Part shown: positions 26,210-39,827 of the stretch, piece after piece
How positions within the stretch are numbered: position 1 is the first letter of the stretch
Layout: each line of letters opens with the position of its first letter
Source: Euprymna scolopes
Taxonomy: Eukaryota
NCBI GenBank assembly: GCA_053919585.1
Contig: CM132787.1
Length of the DNA: 64,000 nt
Strand: one strand, 5' to 3'
Position numbers and translations under genes: made by a program
Notes under the pieces: model-generated
What the model was told of the DNA's origin: nothing
Database searches by the model: none
The model's input: only the letters and a program-made list of their open reading frames with translations

Positions 26210-26294
26210 CTAGACAAGCAACAACCCCAAGCCAGGATTGTTCCTTATCGTTGAGCACTTTCAGTTGTAATAAAGTCGGTCAACTTAGCTTATA

Positions 26295-27562
26295 CGAGGG
26301 GCGTGCAATAATTAATGCCCCTGACTCACTTCCCATAGCAGTAGAGCAACGAAACTTGGCACAGTTATTAGTCTTTTGCTACATAGGAAACATCCAAAGT
26401 TATGCTTTTCTCCCATCGTTTGATGTAGCTGTGGAGACCGTTTTTGTAGAACACCCCAAGTTGGTCCTCCAAACACGACGTGACTTCAGAAATCAAGGCT
26501 GCACTATATGGGAAATACTTTCCTTTCAAAAACAACTTCATGGCTGGGGAGAGGTGAATGTCAGAGGGTGCAAGGTCAGGAGAGTAGGAAGGATGGGGAC
26601 AATTTCATAACCACACGCTCATGCTTCTGATCTGGCGACATGCGAGTTGTGAACCGGAGCATTGTCCTGCAGGAGGAGGGTACCTGATCTTACCCCACTT
26701 CTTGATTTACTTCCCTTAATTTCCTAAAAAGTGAAGCATAATAGGCTTCTGTAATTATGATACTCTTTGCCAAGAAATCTATCATCACTACTCCGTCCTG
26801 GTCCCAGAAGACTGCGAGCATTACCTTGCCAGAAGAGGGCTGCACCTTGCCTTCTTTGGAGGTGGTGAGTCCAAGTGCTTCCACTGCATTGACTAGGTTT
26901 TGGTCTCTGGATCATACTGATGGACCCAGGTTTCATCCTGCGTAATCAGTCTTTTGAAAAACTTTGACTCATCTTATTGGCATATCTCCAAATTCATTCT
27001 CGAGCACTCGACGCGTTCTCGCTTCTGGAATGATGTGAGCAACCTGGGAATCCATCTGGCAGACACCTTATGCATATGCAAATGGTCACGAATGATAGTT
27101 TCTACAGACCCTATACTAATCTTGAGAGCTTGGGCTATTTGGCGAATAGTAATGCGCCGATCTTCCAAAATGGCAACCTCAACTTGACGGACAGATGCCT
27201 CATCAATGGCAGAAGGGGGCGACCAGGTCTGGGAGCTGTTTCCACAGACTTCTGGCCATGATGCCAGCGTTTTACAAGGTCATATGATAGGGCATTATCA
27301 CCATAAGTTTCTTTCATTTCATCAAAAGTCTCCTGTGGTGTGCGTCCTTTCAAATACAAAAACCGGGTCACTGCTCGACATTCAACAGGCTCCATTTCAC
27401 ACCTGACTCAGTTCAAACACCTGTAAAACAGAAACCACAATTAGTTCAGAGCTGTAATTTGCCACATAACGCGTAGAGATATAAATCATTGCACATGCAA
27501 AATTTTAGCTAGATCAGACAACTGGGAGTGGGTCAGGGGCATTACTTATTGCACGCCCCTCC
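26295..27562 (-). mobile_element. Full-length mariner (DD34D-type) with TIRs and TA TSD; transposase frameshifted
   Basis: TIR cgaggggcgtgcaataattaatgcccctgac has an inverse at the right end, with TA on both sides. Motifs WIPRLL, ITQDETWV, QDNAPVH and YSPDLAPSD. ATG at 27395. Confidence 0.95.
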
Positions 27563-27658
27563 TACGCTCAGATCGTCATATAATGATTAGATCACTGTGT
27601 TAAAAGCCTTTAATAAGAATAAATGTTTAATTTCAGCTGTATCTCTCGTGGTTGACGG

Positions 27659-27724
27659 TAACCGAATGATTGAGGTCCTTGCTAATGAAGCCAGATATGA
27701 CTTCTGTTACCGGGGTCCGAATCT
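27659..27724 (+). promoter_or_regulatory. Degenerate tRNA-type Pol III A and B boxes
   Basis: A-like taaccgaatga (27659-27669) and B-like ggtccgaatct (27714-27724), each two mismatches from consensus. Confidence 0.45.
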
Positions 27725-27748
27725 CTCGACTGGCGTTAATCGTGGCAC

Positions 27749-27794
27749 CCTGCACTGATGATTCTCGAAAGGATGAAACACTAGTGTCTGTAGG
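27749..27794 (+). ncRNA. Type I hammerhead ribozyme
   Basis: cctgca-CTGATGA-ttct(cgaa)agga-t-GAAA-cactagtg-TC-tgtagg. Palindromic stem III; predicted cut after C27788. The base of stem II appears one nt short. Confidence 0.8.
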
Positions 27795-29570
27795 TATTCA
27801 ATAATTACTAGACTACCCGGGACCCGTAGAGTCAGTATGCTATATTAGCTATGAAATTAATATATCAGCGTGACGCTTGTGGCGTAAAGAAAATAGTTTT
27901 TTGTGACATAACAGAAACATTTCTATGAAAGTATATTTACATGAAAAAAAAATATAGATAGATTTCTATGAGTCGTCCATTTTATAATTGTTTATTTTCG
28001 AAAAATAATTACTGCCATTGGATTATAAGTGGTTTGGCATACTTATAGGTAAATATGCACTGAACAGATACCATAATACTTAAAGTTAAATTCAAATATT
28101 GATATATCTTTAAATTAAACCCGAAAAATACCAACAAAATAACGCTGAAAGCGTACACAGTACAACAATACGTTTTATTGTCGCTTTGATTAATTATTTT
28201 TAATGCAAATAAAAAAAAAACATTTTCGGGGTTATTTATTTATGTTGGTAGTGTAGAAGAAAAAGTACGAATGTTTTTTAAGAAAGGTGTATTAAAAAAT
28301 GGAGAATAAATTAAAAAAAAAATGAAGGTTGTGGGAAAATCGCCGTTTTAAAATGCTATTATGGTTGTCAACGGGTTAAAGTAGATTTACTTGTAAGAAA
28401 ATTGCGTTAAAATAACTTTAACATAATACGGAATTGAACGATGTAAAAAAATGCAGAAAGTATTAACAATTGTTTATTTGGATAATTTAAACGCGAAAAA
28501 GAAAACAATTGGGACTCTGAAAACGTACACAGTAAAACACTACGTTTTATTGTCGCGTTGATTATTTGTTTATGTACGCATGCACAACCGAAAGTCGTAA
28601 ATTGGTTTATTGGTTACAACACCCGTTATAAGCTCATTTGAGTTTTATAATTATATATATTATAGTAAATAATAATGTCAGTCCCCTTGAAGAAACATTA
28701 GTGTNNNNNNNNNNNNNNNNNNNNNNNNNNNNNNNNNNNNNNNNNNNNNNNNNNNNNNNNNNNNNNNNNNNNNNNNNNNNNNNNNNNNNNNNNNNNNNNN
28801 NNNNNNNNNNNNNNNNNNNNNNNNNNNNNNNNNNNNNNNNNNNNNNNNNNNNNNNNNNNNNNNNNNNNGGTGTTTATACATATAGTTAAGTGTTAGTTTT
28901 ATTCATTTAGAACTGCTTTAAAGCTTCAACGCTCACTAATTTTGCGACCAAATTTCAAACAAGTTTTACAGTTCATAGGTCACCTTCTCAGCTATATTTT
29001 GAAAATATAAACAATCCTGAAATATTAAAAAAGGAATGTAAGAAATGGAAATCAGAAAAGATATAGCATACAGGCATAATGAAAACGTCTGAAATCTGAA
29101 AGAAAACCTTAAAATGTGAAAACTAAACCACATGAACAACGAACAGCAACTTGAATACTGCAAAAGAAATACAACAGTAACAGAACTGGCATATAGAAAA
29201 CCAAAAAAATGGGAAACTCCAAATGTTTAGTTAACTATGTGCTCTATAAAAATAAAATGACGCCATATCAAATCGAGAAGGTTCAAGGAGGATGGTAGGA
29301 CTAAAAAAAAGAAAGCACTAATTAAACCTTAACTGGAAGAGTTTGTTATAAGAACTAGGACTTTGTGGAGGCTTATCATTCCCAAAATGTCTGTGAAAAC
29401 CAATGGTCATTACCAGTGAGAAATCAATGGCAAGTGGCTGGTGTGATAATGAAAATTCATTAACAAAGCTTGTCTGAAAAGAGGTAAAGGGTATAGGAAA
29501 TCTAGGAAACTTATTATTGAGATTCCAGGGAGTAATGACTGATGGTCATTTGCTTGAGAACTGCTAATGC

Positions 29571-29654
<84 letters not shown>

Positions 29655-29900
29655 ATAGGACGATTCCAATATCTTTCCCAATTCCGATATGATTACCGAT
29701 TTCTTACTAAAATCCCGATTCCTATATAATTACCGATTCCGATTCATCATGAATCTCTAAATATGTAAATATAAAAATGTGATTTTGTTCCGGTTACTGT
29801 AAAAACACATCTTAGATGTGCATATATTTTCTCAGCCGTTAAAGCACACTTGTGAGTGGGGGGTGATCCAGAGATTTAAGTCTTAGTGGAAGTTTAAATC
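29655..29900 (+). repeat. Dispersed repeat homologous to 39167-39440
   Basis: Shared attaccgattccgattca and ttttgt.cc.g.ttac.gtaaaa blocks; both copies follow (TA)n. Confidence 0.65.
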
Positions 29901-29943
29901 AATAAATATTTATTATTTTATTATTACATATTTATTATTTTAT

Positions 29944-29987
<44 letters not shown>

Positions 29988-29991
29988 TAAT

Positions 29992-30035
29992 CAAGATATA
30001 GTAATGTTTCGCTGTTTCACAGCTCATCAGTGCGG
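29992..30035 (-). ncRNA. Type I hammerhead with intact core and decayed 3' arm; same family as 26166-26209
   Basis: ccgca-CTGATGA-gctgt(gaa)acagc-GAAA-cattacta-TA. Confidence 0.7.
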
Positions 30036-31849
30036 CTACATATATTTATGTATAAGTGTGTGTGTGTAAATGCAATATATGTATAAATATAAATATACAT
30101 ACTTATACTCCTATAAACTTGTTTTTTTGTATGTATTGATATTAATATTAAAAACCCTTTTTTCGATTTATTAAAATGAAAATATAACTTTGTTATATAT
30201 GGATCGTGAAATTGCATTCATCTGCAGAACGTCTAACTAATTTGTATATTCTTTTGAACATTCATTTTAGTTAATTCACTATTAGTTTTCCGGTTTTCTC
30301 ATGAGATTATCATTTTTAGTTTACTTTTACATACAAATATTCTACATGATTTATACTTGCGTAATATTTGCTTCTGGTTTGGCGGTAGTCGTAACAGCAT
30401 AGACGTCAGGTTTTTTTCCTGTTCTCTTCCTCCTTCGCGGTACGAGTTCGAGCCTGCCTTCTTACTATCACTTTATTTTTTTTTTGCTCAATAGACACAA
30501 CCAAACACCCGGGTTCGCCGGGCTGAAATGCAAGTATAATATAATNNNNNNNNNNNNNNNNNNNNNNNNNNNNNNNNNNNNNNNNNNNNNNNNNNNNNNN
30601 NNNNNNNNNNNNNNNNNNNNNNNNNNNNNNNNNNNNNNNNNNNNNNNNNNNNNNNNNNNNNNNNNNNNNNNNNNNNNNNNNACACCTTTTCCCAAGTTAT
30701 TAGTGCGTGAAATTAATAAATTGCACGAAGTTGAATTTGCTCGTTGTTTCTATCACACAATTATAAGCATAATGAATAGAACAGTTTACTTTAATTTTTC
30801 ACCAAGAAAGCTCATTCTTTCTCACACTATGGTGTATTTCTTTGTCGGAGCTGTGTTTCGTCCACAGTATAATCGACGTTTGTTTCGATGTTTCTCCGTT
30901 GTGTATCAAATAAATAGTGACCTTGGTTTCATCATTCAAGTTTAATATTTGTTACACTATTTCCTCGCGAGAAAGATCAACTCATTTGAATTGCCTTCAA
31001 CTACGAATTTAACTCCTTTAGTTTATCCTTTACCGTACGATGGACCCATAGATCTAATCAGGTTATCCGTCTAGGAGAAGGAACAACTCTGATGTTAAAC
31101 CTGTTCTACTGATTTCATACGTCACGGTATAAAACAAAACAAAAAAAAAATACGAGAGTGGAAGGCCTCCTTACTCATGGTTGACAATATTGCTAGAGCT
31201 GGTAACTGAAACAAATTACCGGTTTACAAACCTAAACTGCTTAAGCAGTAAGTAAACTCTGGGTATCGTCCGGCTTACATCCTCCTTTTTTGTCTAATAG
31301 CCATCGGGAGGGGTACGATCAAAGGGAATCGGCAGAGACACCTGATTGCTTGGTTTTAGTGTCTGACTAGGGCAATGAAAGCCACCCTCACTTCAGTTTC
31401 ATTCTTTTCCATTGAAACTGAGTGTCCTGAGGGTACTTGGTTGTCACATAGGTTCATGCAATTAAACTGGGTCACTCTTGTCTGACAGGTTATCGATTTG
31501 AAAGATTACTTGCCTGCTGTATTCTCACTGAAAGTACAGGGACTGTAACTCTTTAGTAGCGTTTAGAGCAGTTGCTCTTCCATCGGTTGTATAATATCTG
31601 GATGGTTGTAGGTCCATATCACGCATGGTAAGGGGTTCTTCACCCATCTCCGGTGGTAGCTTTTCTGAGGCCACAATCCTGTAGATAAAGACTCAGCAGA
31701 TGTTCTACTTTCGTATGCAAACTTTGGTATCATGCATATTCACATTGTCTTACATATCTCTTCCTCAAACTAAGACTATTAAATAAAATAACAACCCCCC
31801 TAAAAAAAAAACATATGATCAAACCAGATACCCATCCAAAAAAATGTTT

Positions 31850-32060
31850 TCCTCTTTCCATGAGGTTCGCATTCACGAATATCCGTAGATATGAACTAAC
31901 TTAGATGATGTAGAATCGTATCTCCTAGCAAATGTTACAGATATCTTAGCGATTAGTAAAACTAACCTACACTCCTCCATCCCCTCTAACCATTCTATTT
32001 AACTTTTTCCTCTAACCATCCACCCTAACCACTTTAACATGTTTGGTTATACTTCATTTC
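31850..32060 (+). pseudogene. Degenerate CR1-type APE endonuclease N-terminus
   Basis: FAFTNIR, a frameshift, then NLDDVESYLLANVTDILAISKTNL...FNMFGY. This matches the usual start of a CR1 ORF2. Confidence 0.65.
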
Positions 32061-32101
32061 TGATGACCTAAAGATGAACATCTAATGCTACGTTTTGTTA
32101 A

Positions 32102-32375
32102 GGTCCTGGATATGACCTTAAACTATAACCGATGGTAAGGCCCCAACTTGCGGGCTTAGGGGAGTGTGCAGCCACCCTTTAATTGCCATTGCTCCCAGGT
32201 CCACTCTGACCCGGATGGGTAGTGGCTGTTAGGGTCCCAATTATCGGTTCAATAGAAACTGACTTGAAAAAAAAACAAATATATTCTATTAAAAAAAATT
32301 TCTTTAAAATCACTGAATTCGGCATTAAATAACCTGAAAAGGGTTGATATGCCGTAAAACAAAAACAATCAACCG
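32102..32375 (+). mobile_element. SINE-like retroposon, copy 2
   Basis: Homologous to copy 1; degenerate TSD acgttttgttaa / actttttattaa. Confidence 0.88.
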
Positions 32376-33184
32376 ACTTTTTATTAAAGAGTGGAATTAA
32401 TTTTCATTTCGAATTCATTTTAGGGGACGTGCGAAGGCTTAGATTTTTGACATGCTATTTAATTCACGCTTCCTTTCACTATTTAAAATGTTTTTTTTTT
32501 TTGCCCGAGGAATATAAAATGCATGTATTTTATTCACGTTTACGTGATCAAATGCAAGTAATTGCATTCATTTCTATACAAATAAATACACATTGGTATT
32601 TATTATAGAGCTGAGGATTTTTATCCATCTCTAATTACTCATCATGTATACATTTATTTATGTTAATATATGAATATGCATATAATTAATCTCTTCCACT
32701 TCAGCAAAGAATACGTTCATAATGACATAAAAGAATGTTTATATATAGAGATAAAAAGAGGAGCAATTATATCTTCTCATCTTCCTTACCCATGGCAACG
32801 CTCTTTCTCTTACTTGTTTTTTTTTATCGCGCTCTCTTGCTTTAATCTTGAATGATCATATAATAATAATAAACACAAGAAGAGAATCCAATAATTCAAA
32901 TATCTAAATAAAACTTTCCCACGTACTTCAGCTGTGGTAATGTCTCTTTACACTAGAAAAAGAACAAAACTGATTACATTGTTAATTACTCAAGTATATT
33001 AAGACATATACAGCCTTGACACTTACTTTCATGGGAGTTCCGTAAGTAAATTGCCGCGAGGTTACATCAAATTGCCACGAGGTTACGTCAAATATATACA
33101 CGATGACGCAGAATTCGTGAACAACTTCGGTTGTCATAAAATACACATAATATCTATTTTACGGTTCTGAATATTTGAGATGAG

Positions 33185-34300
33185 AACTGATTATTCGTAT
33201 TATTTGGATTCTTCAAACTACTGTTCTCATCTTGAAAGCTATTTTCACAACGTTTCGGTCGATTTAACATCTGGCCTTCTCCAGATATATCTTATCATAC
33301 TCGAGGATGTTTCTGTCGAACTCGATATAACCGGTCTTCTTCAAGTGTATCTTATCTAACTTTGGAATGTTTCTATCGAACTCGGAAATCTGCGCAGGAT
33401 TTCGAACGAAGCCTTTTATTTCATACGCGAGGTAGCAGTCTCTCGTTTCATCAGACGTGATTGTTAAATAAGTTAGTAATGTTTAGACACCTCGTTAAAT
33501 AAATAATGTTTGGACATCTTCCTCGTTAGACTAGAGTATGAATGTATCATCGACATATCGCAGCCACATTCTTAACTTTAGTGGTGTTGATTCTAACGCC
33601 ATTTCCTCAATATATTTTATATATATATATTGGCCACTACTAGAGGTAAAGGTGATCTAATCGGTAAACCCTCTTTCTATCGATATATCTCAAATCCTAT
33701 CAAGAAGTATATACTTTCTACATCTCCATTATATTGTCAATTTAAATGCAAGTACGTTCCTTCAGTAAAGTACAGTAGAACCCCGGGATACGGTGGCTCT
33801 AGTATACATTTTTCAGGTTTCAATGTGGAATACGATGTTCTCCGGTCCTTGGTTACGGTTCTTGCACGTTCTTACAGTATTATTTATACGGTGTAATGTT
33901 CTTTGACTGTATACATGTGTATTGTATACGTTCTGTATTTTGTTACTAATTTTTAATATGTACTGTATAAAATTTTGCTTAGGCCCCACCATACGGCGAT
34001 TTCACCTTAGGATCCCAACCCCGGAACGGATTAATGCCGTATCTCGGGGTTCTACAGTATCTGGAGTCAGCTTATCTCATACTACTATCTCGACGGGAAC
34101 TTTTATGAATATTACTGAACGTTGTGTTGTCAGGGTAGCCTAACTTCTGAATTTACTCCTATGACTGAAAATACTCTGAGCGACATCCAGATATCGATTT
34201 TCTACACCTCAATACAGACTAAACAGTCTCCTGTGCATTATGAATAAGTTACTTGGGTTTTGTTGTAAATATAGAAGTTATTAACAACCTCAGTAAAAGC
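33185..34300 (-). mobile_element. Penelope-like element remnant: RT fragment plus pLTR with degenerate hammerhead (33246-33287)
   Basis: The minus strand encodes IFIKVPV...LKERTCI, GLPIRSPLPLVVANIY and IEEMALESTPLKLRMWLRYVDDT (PLE RT motifs). Hammerhead-like CTGGAGA-aggcc...gacc-GAAA-cgtt-gtg. Confidence 0.8.
33773..34057. mobile_element. pogo/Tigger-type MITE nested in the PLE RT
   Basis: TA|cagtagaaccccgggatacgg ... ccgtatctcggggttctacag|TA. Removing it rejoins the PLE frame (DKLTPD|TLLKERT). Confidence 0.85.
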
Positions 34301-34671
34301 AACCTAATCTTGCAACAAGCCGTTGTAAATTTTTGTTTTGCGAGATCAATAGATGGTGTGATGACGGTAATATCGCACAAGGTCATAGAATACCTGTAGA
34401 ATGTCTTCGTTCATAAAGCCACAGCTCTTGAAATATCTAAGGAATTTAACATGAGTTAAACATGAAGGTCTGCCTCACAAGATTTTCAGCTACATAAGAT
34501 ATAGACATGTTCTCTCAAACATCAATTACCCTCTCTTTGATAAGTTCATAAAAATAGTCATTGATGGGCAGAAATCCGAAAATTACAGTATTAATGCTGT
34601 GATACAGCGAAACATACTCTATGATATAATATGATAGTTTGATTAATGCAGATTTCGTATTTATTATTATA

Positions 34672-35352
34672 CTACCGTAGGTGCCCGGCGTTTCCCGAGT
34701 GTTTGTCGGTGTAAAAGAAAAATAAAAGTTTTGGTAAAGGGGTAGGGTCGAACCCGAAGCCTTGACCCGAAGGTAAAAAAAATTGTGAAAAAAAAAATGA
34801 CATCTTACCGCTCAGCCACGACGGTACAGGAACTGAAAAATGTTATTATTTAACGATTAAAAAGTTAAGTTACAGGTGCGGTAATTAAATGAAGTCAAAC
34901 ATCACGCGACTTAACTTTGGCTGCAAGCCAGTTTTCCCAAGATGTTGGGGGAAACCAGCTTTGCATAAAAAAGGAGTGTCCAAATGAATAGCATTTGTTT
35001 GATATGACGGGTTTGAGCCGCATTGATCAAATCTCGTTGCTTTCTGGACGTCCCGAGCACGAGTGTTAGAGAGGCTCGTTTTGTTACGGGTTCAGTTTTG
35101 CTTATATACAGACAAGCCAAACAAACACGCGCAGATTAAAAACAATCGCAAAAATAGCGTGTAAAAGTCGACCAAATAAAAGTCACACACGACCTCGTTT
35201 CGTGAATCGTAGATATTATAATCTAGGTAGCATATAAAAAGTTCTAAGAAACAGTGACCTCCCCCCTGTTCGCCCCCAACAAAACCGTTTGCTGGACATA
35301 CATAAAAAATTCACACACACACTAACACGCATTTGCCTGTTATATATATAGA
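34672..35352 (-). mobile_element. Non-autonomous Helitron
   Basis: Minus 5' TCTATATATATAACAGGCAAAT resembles 18780. It has a 3' cgggaaacgccggg hairpin region and a mutated CTAG. Confidence 0.65.
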
Positions 35353-36065
35353 TATATTTGACCCAATATATAGTAATAATTTAAAAAGTAAAAAAAAAAT
35401 GACTTGTGCCACACCACTGACAATCGAAACTTAAACATTAGGCTTATGATTTACTTTTTACTTTGATGTTAATGTCTGAGTTATGAAGAAATATTTGCTG
35501 CCAGACTAAAAATTGTAAGATGAACCAATATCTATTACGTTATGCATACATATTCGTAATGCTGTCGTTCGACCTTTATTTGGGAATTTAAAAAAAAATC
35601 ACACTTTCACACCGATTTTTCCCAGATAAAACCTAAATATAATGTTTCGCATAGGTCCGAATATCCTATATAGTAAGTTTCATGTCTGTAGACCAAAAAC
35701 TGCCAGAGTAGTTTGGTAGGCATTTTTTAAACAAATATATATACGCATACATAAATATATATGGTCGCTATAACCTTTTTACAAAAATATTACGCAAGTA
35801 TAAATCATGTAAAATATCTGCATAATATACTTACACGTAATAATTAACTAAATATGATCATCCCATCAGAAAACCAAAAAAACTAATAAGGAATAAAAAA
35901 AAAAAATAATGTTTTAAAGAACATGCAAATTAGCTGAATCCTTTGCAGATGAATATAATTCCACAACCTATATATAACAAAGTTATATTTTCTTTTTAAA
36001 TGAATCGAAAAAATAGGGGTTTAATATGAATATAAATACACACAAGATAAAACAAATTTATAGAA

Positions 36066-36097
<32 letters not shown>

Positions 36098-36105
<8 letters not shown>

Positions 36106-36867
36106 ATATAGAGCTGAATGTGTGTGTGTTTGTGTGTGTGTGTGACTGGTCACAAATAGGCTCCTATATGGTTTACTATTTTAAAAAAACTGATTACATA
36201 TAATGATAGAAGATGTATCAAGACACAGGAATGGGTATGTTTGATCTGGCAGAACGGTGGTTCATTAAAATTGTGGACTCTGCGTTCGCGCCCGGTCCAC
36301 AAAGTATGGAAATAAAAAAATAAATAATTAAAAAAAACGTTTACAAGTGTTTTTGATATAGATGTACATAAGAATGCTTTGATAAGTATGTTTTAACTTA
36401 AATAGGGATGGTATAATAAAATTGTGGGGTCTGCGTTCGCACCTGGCCTCCATAGAATGGAAATAGGCAAAAACTTTAATAAAGACTTTTCATATCTATC
36501 TGCGTAAGTATACTTTGTTAATTATGTTTTAGTTTGAATAAATATAGTATAATAAAATTATGGGGGGTTCGTTCGCATCTGACCTCCATAGAATGGAAAT
36601 ATGTCACAAAGTTTAACAAGGTTTTTTAATATAGATCCACAGAATATTGTGATAAGTGTTTCAGTGTGAACTGGTATGATGTAATAAATTATGGGGTTTA
36701 TCTATTTTTTTTTACTTTCATCATATTTTGCTTTGGTTTTGATACCCCAAAATTCGAAGCTATCTCTTTACAATCCTTCCTTTTCATAACCTATCATACT
36801 TTCATAAATCAGAGTCCATTTTCTGTAGGCTGTTTTTGAACCCAGTCAACGACGGGTACTTTTGCTA

Positions 36868-36868
<1 letters not shown>
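36098..36868 (+). mobile_element. Non-autonomous Helitron (family shared with 47480-48202)
   Basis: Long near-identity to 47480-48202 with internal sub-repeats; ends cccagtcaacgacggg...gCTAG|t. Confidence 0.85.
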
Positions 36869-36923
<55 letters not shown>

Positions 36924-38619
36924 CTGTGGAAATATTCTTTATTCACTTCTATTTCCTTCTTATATATATACCAGTCCTTATTTTTGAGGCTCAATGTTAT
37001 TACAGAGCATATAATGAATGAATGACAAAAGTCTATCTTAAAAATTTCATTATGTTGACCATCTTACAATATATTCCTTTAATTCAGCTAACACTTGAAT
37101 TCTTGACAGTATCTGTTTCGTAGCACATAATCAATCACTTTATTACTATATCAATCAGTGAATCTGTTTTGCACTTAACTCATCAGCAGAAATATCAACA
37201 ATCAATCCACCAAAAGGAAATAAAATGTGTTTGGACGTGATTAAAAAATCCGAAAATTGGAAGAGAAGCTGGAAATACCTTAATTCAAAATGGCGTAATG
37301 AAAGAAAATTATATGGTATTTGCAGCTTCTCTTCCAATTTTCGGATTTTATAAGGTACATTTAAAATATTGGCAGATAGTAAAACATCTTTAACTGAAGT
37401 TTTATTTAAGCATGGTTTTGCAATTATTTAAACGTTTTTTTGTTGTTTTGCGTATAGTCGGAATTGTAACTAGAGCAACATAAGCTCTATCATGAGTTAT
37501 TTTTTAATCATTTGTAAATAGTGAGTCATTGCTTATCTATGGCTAAAAGTTACTTAAACGCGATAAAGTGGCACATACATTAAAATAGAAATACAAACTA
37601 GCACTTAAAGGGACGGTTAGGATCTTAAAAAAGATCTCTCCGTTGGAGAAACTAAACTAACTGGAGAATGTTTGGCATCCGGTAGAATGCCCCATCCCCA
37701 GCAAAAAACAAAGTGATAAGAAAATTAAAACAAGAGAGAAATGGCTTAATGTATTATTTTATAAATGCACAGAATAAAAATGTATTACGTAAAAGAACTG
37801 GTCGAACGTTGGTGACTACGGCATTTACTTTTGCCTCAACAAATATGGCATCTTTAAAAAAAAGTGCAACTTTATGGAAATAGTCGTCTTATTTTCTCGG
37901 TTGTGTTTGAAAATAAAGGCAATAGAAAATCGATTCCAACGGAAGACGAAAATCTAAAATGAACTTAACGAATTATTATTGTTAATCTTAAAACAACAAC
38001 AAAAAATGGATTCAATTTGACAATAGACTTACTAAGAAACAAAGTACAGACGAGACAGCGCGAGAGCGGCGGAAGAGGTGAGGGGGAGGGAATGTAGAGA
38101 TGAAAGAGGAGAAAATAGCGCATACGCGGCGAGGGGAAGGTTTGGCAAAGTTTAATGTGCAATAAAGGCAAGGTTATTTTTAAAAAGAAGTTTACAAAAC
38201 CCGATATTTGAGAAGATCGAAATGTTTGCTTTGAGACAAAACAAAGGAATTTTTAAAAAGCAGTTTGTTTTATCGGAGAAAGGTAGAAAAGTTTGGAGAA
38301 AAATCTTAAAAATAAAATGAGTGAGTTGAGAACAGCAAACGACTCGGTACGAAACATAAATTAAAAAAAGGTTTTGTTTAACTGGTCTTCCAGGTTATTC
38401 AGTGCATAAAACGGACAAGTGTATACTAGCATATACAGTGAACGAACATATAATAAACTGCCTCCGGATAGATATGTGAGGGAAGATGGTCTCATGATAA
38501 CAGAACATATATATTACACTATCCCTACCAAAAAAGAGAACGTGATGTTTCTGAGGACCGTATAATGACAATAGTAATAATATGACACTGTCTATTTCTG
38601 TATTGAGAATTAAGGGATA

Positions 38620-38890
38620 GTAATACAGTTTCGGCTTCAACAATCAGACGGCAAATCTCCATTAGTATTAGATAATAATTGTACAAGTTCAGCTCTATAG
38701 AGACAGCTACTAAATCTCCAATAGTAATAGTGATATTCTAGTTGCGGCTCCAGACAGACAGATACTAAATCTCTATAGGAAGTAGATAGTAATAGTATAG
38801 TTTCTGCTCTAGACAGACAAGTACTATATTAATAATATTAATAGAAGTTTCAGCTTCACATAAAATACTATATCTAACTTAACAATAGAT
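38620..38890. repeat. Degenerate minisatellite, unit about 55-60 bp
   Basis: Recurring gtt.c.gctc.agacagacag.tactaaatctc. Confidence 0.55.
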
Positions 38891-38990
38891 AAGATATACT
38901 TTATCTTTGGTTAATAATTATGAAAATGGATGATTTCATAAAGTAATGTATATGGTAAGGCTTCGAAAATGGAAAAATATATCATTTTCA

Positions 38991-39052
<62 letters not shown>

Positions 39053-39103
39053 GCTTGAAACCGACGGTGCCAATGATCTGTCTCAGCTAACAACTTTCTG
39101 TAC

Positions 39104-39170
<67 letters not shown>

Positions 39171-39473
39171 ATGTGGCGATTTCAATATTTTTCCCGATCT
39201 TGATACAATTAACAAATCCGTACATAATTCCCGATTCTGATACAATTACCGATTCCGATTCAGATTCTTTATTATAGATCTCTAAATGTTTAACAATAAC
39301 GTTGCTATTTTGTCCCGATTACCGTAAAATAAAAAGAACATGTTAAATGTGCAGATATTTTCCCAAACGTAAAACCCATATGTTGGGGGGGATTTACAGG
39401 TAATCATTTTAATGGTAGTTTGGAATCAATATTTATTATCTTATTTGGCACACTTGCATAATTTGACCCGGAT

Positions 39474-39526
39474 TTTCGGGAATGTCCGTCAACCACAAAC
39501 GTTGTGGTTGACGGACATTCCCGAAA
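39474..39526. repeat. Perfect 25-bp hairpin with 3-nt loop
   Basis: tttcgggaatgtccgtcaaccacaa-acg-ttgtggttgacggacattcccgaaa. Confidence 0.92.
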
Positions 39527-39827
39527 CGAATGAACGAGAGTAAAGATTACATTCGTTTTTTATATATTAGATATTCGGGCATGGTTTACGTTCTGAAGGA
39601 AAGCGGGGTGTATATTTTGTGAGTTATGAGCAGTAGAGGTTTTAGAGGGAAAGGTGGTGTTCAACCCTATCACCCCTACTTCTTTCTTCACCACACCTCC
39701 CTCCAAAACCTCCACTACGGTAATAAACGGCTTCTTAAATTAACAAATAAGTACTTAGGTTAGAGGTGATCACGTGCGACGCGCAAGCAAAATTAAAAAT
39801 GATATTTTTATACCCAAATATTTGTTA

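Larger units (their letters stand above)
26161..27800. mobile_element. Short (~370 bp without the mariner) hammerhead-bearing retroelement inserted at a (TA)n array
   Basis: Minus-strand hammerhead at the left end; tRNA-like boxes and a plus-strand hammerhead at the right end; split by the mariner. Confidence 0.6.

Noticed and set aside
28115-28379. piggyBac-like end (cgggTTAA)
   Set aside because: The partner TIR is too weak to call.
36960-37340. PIF1 helicase-like words (PFGGL, MLCNNIE..GLV) on the minus strand
   Set aside because: The spacing is far too short and there are many stops, so it cannot be supported without a search.
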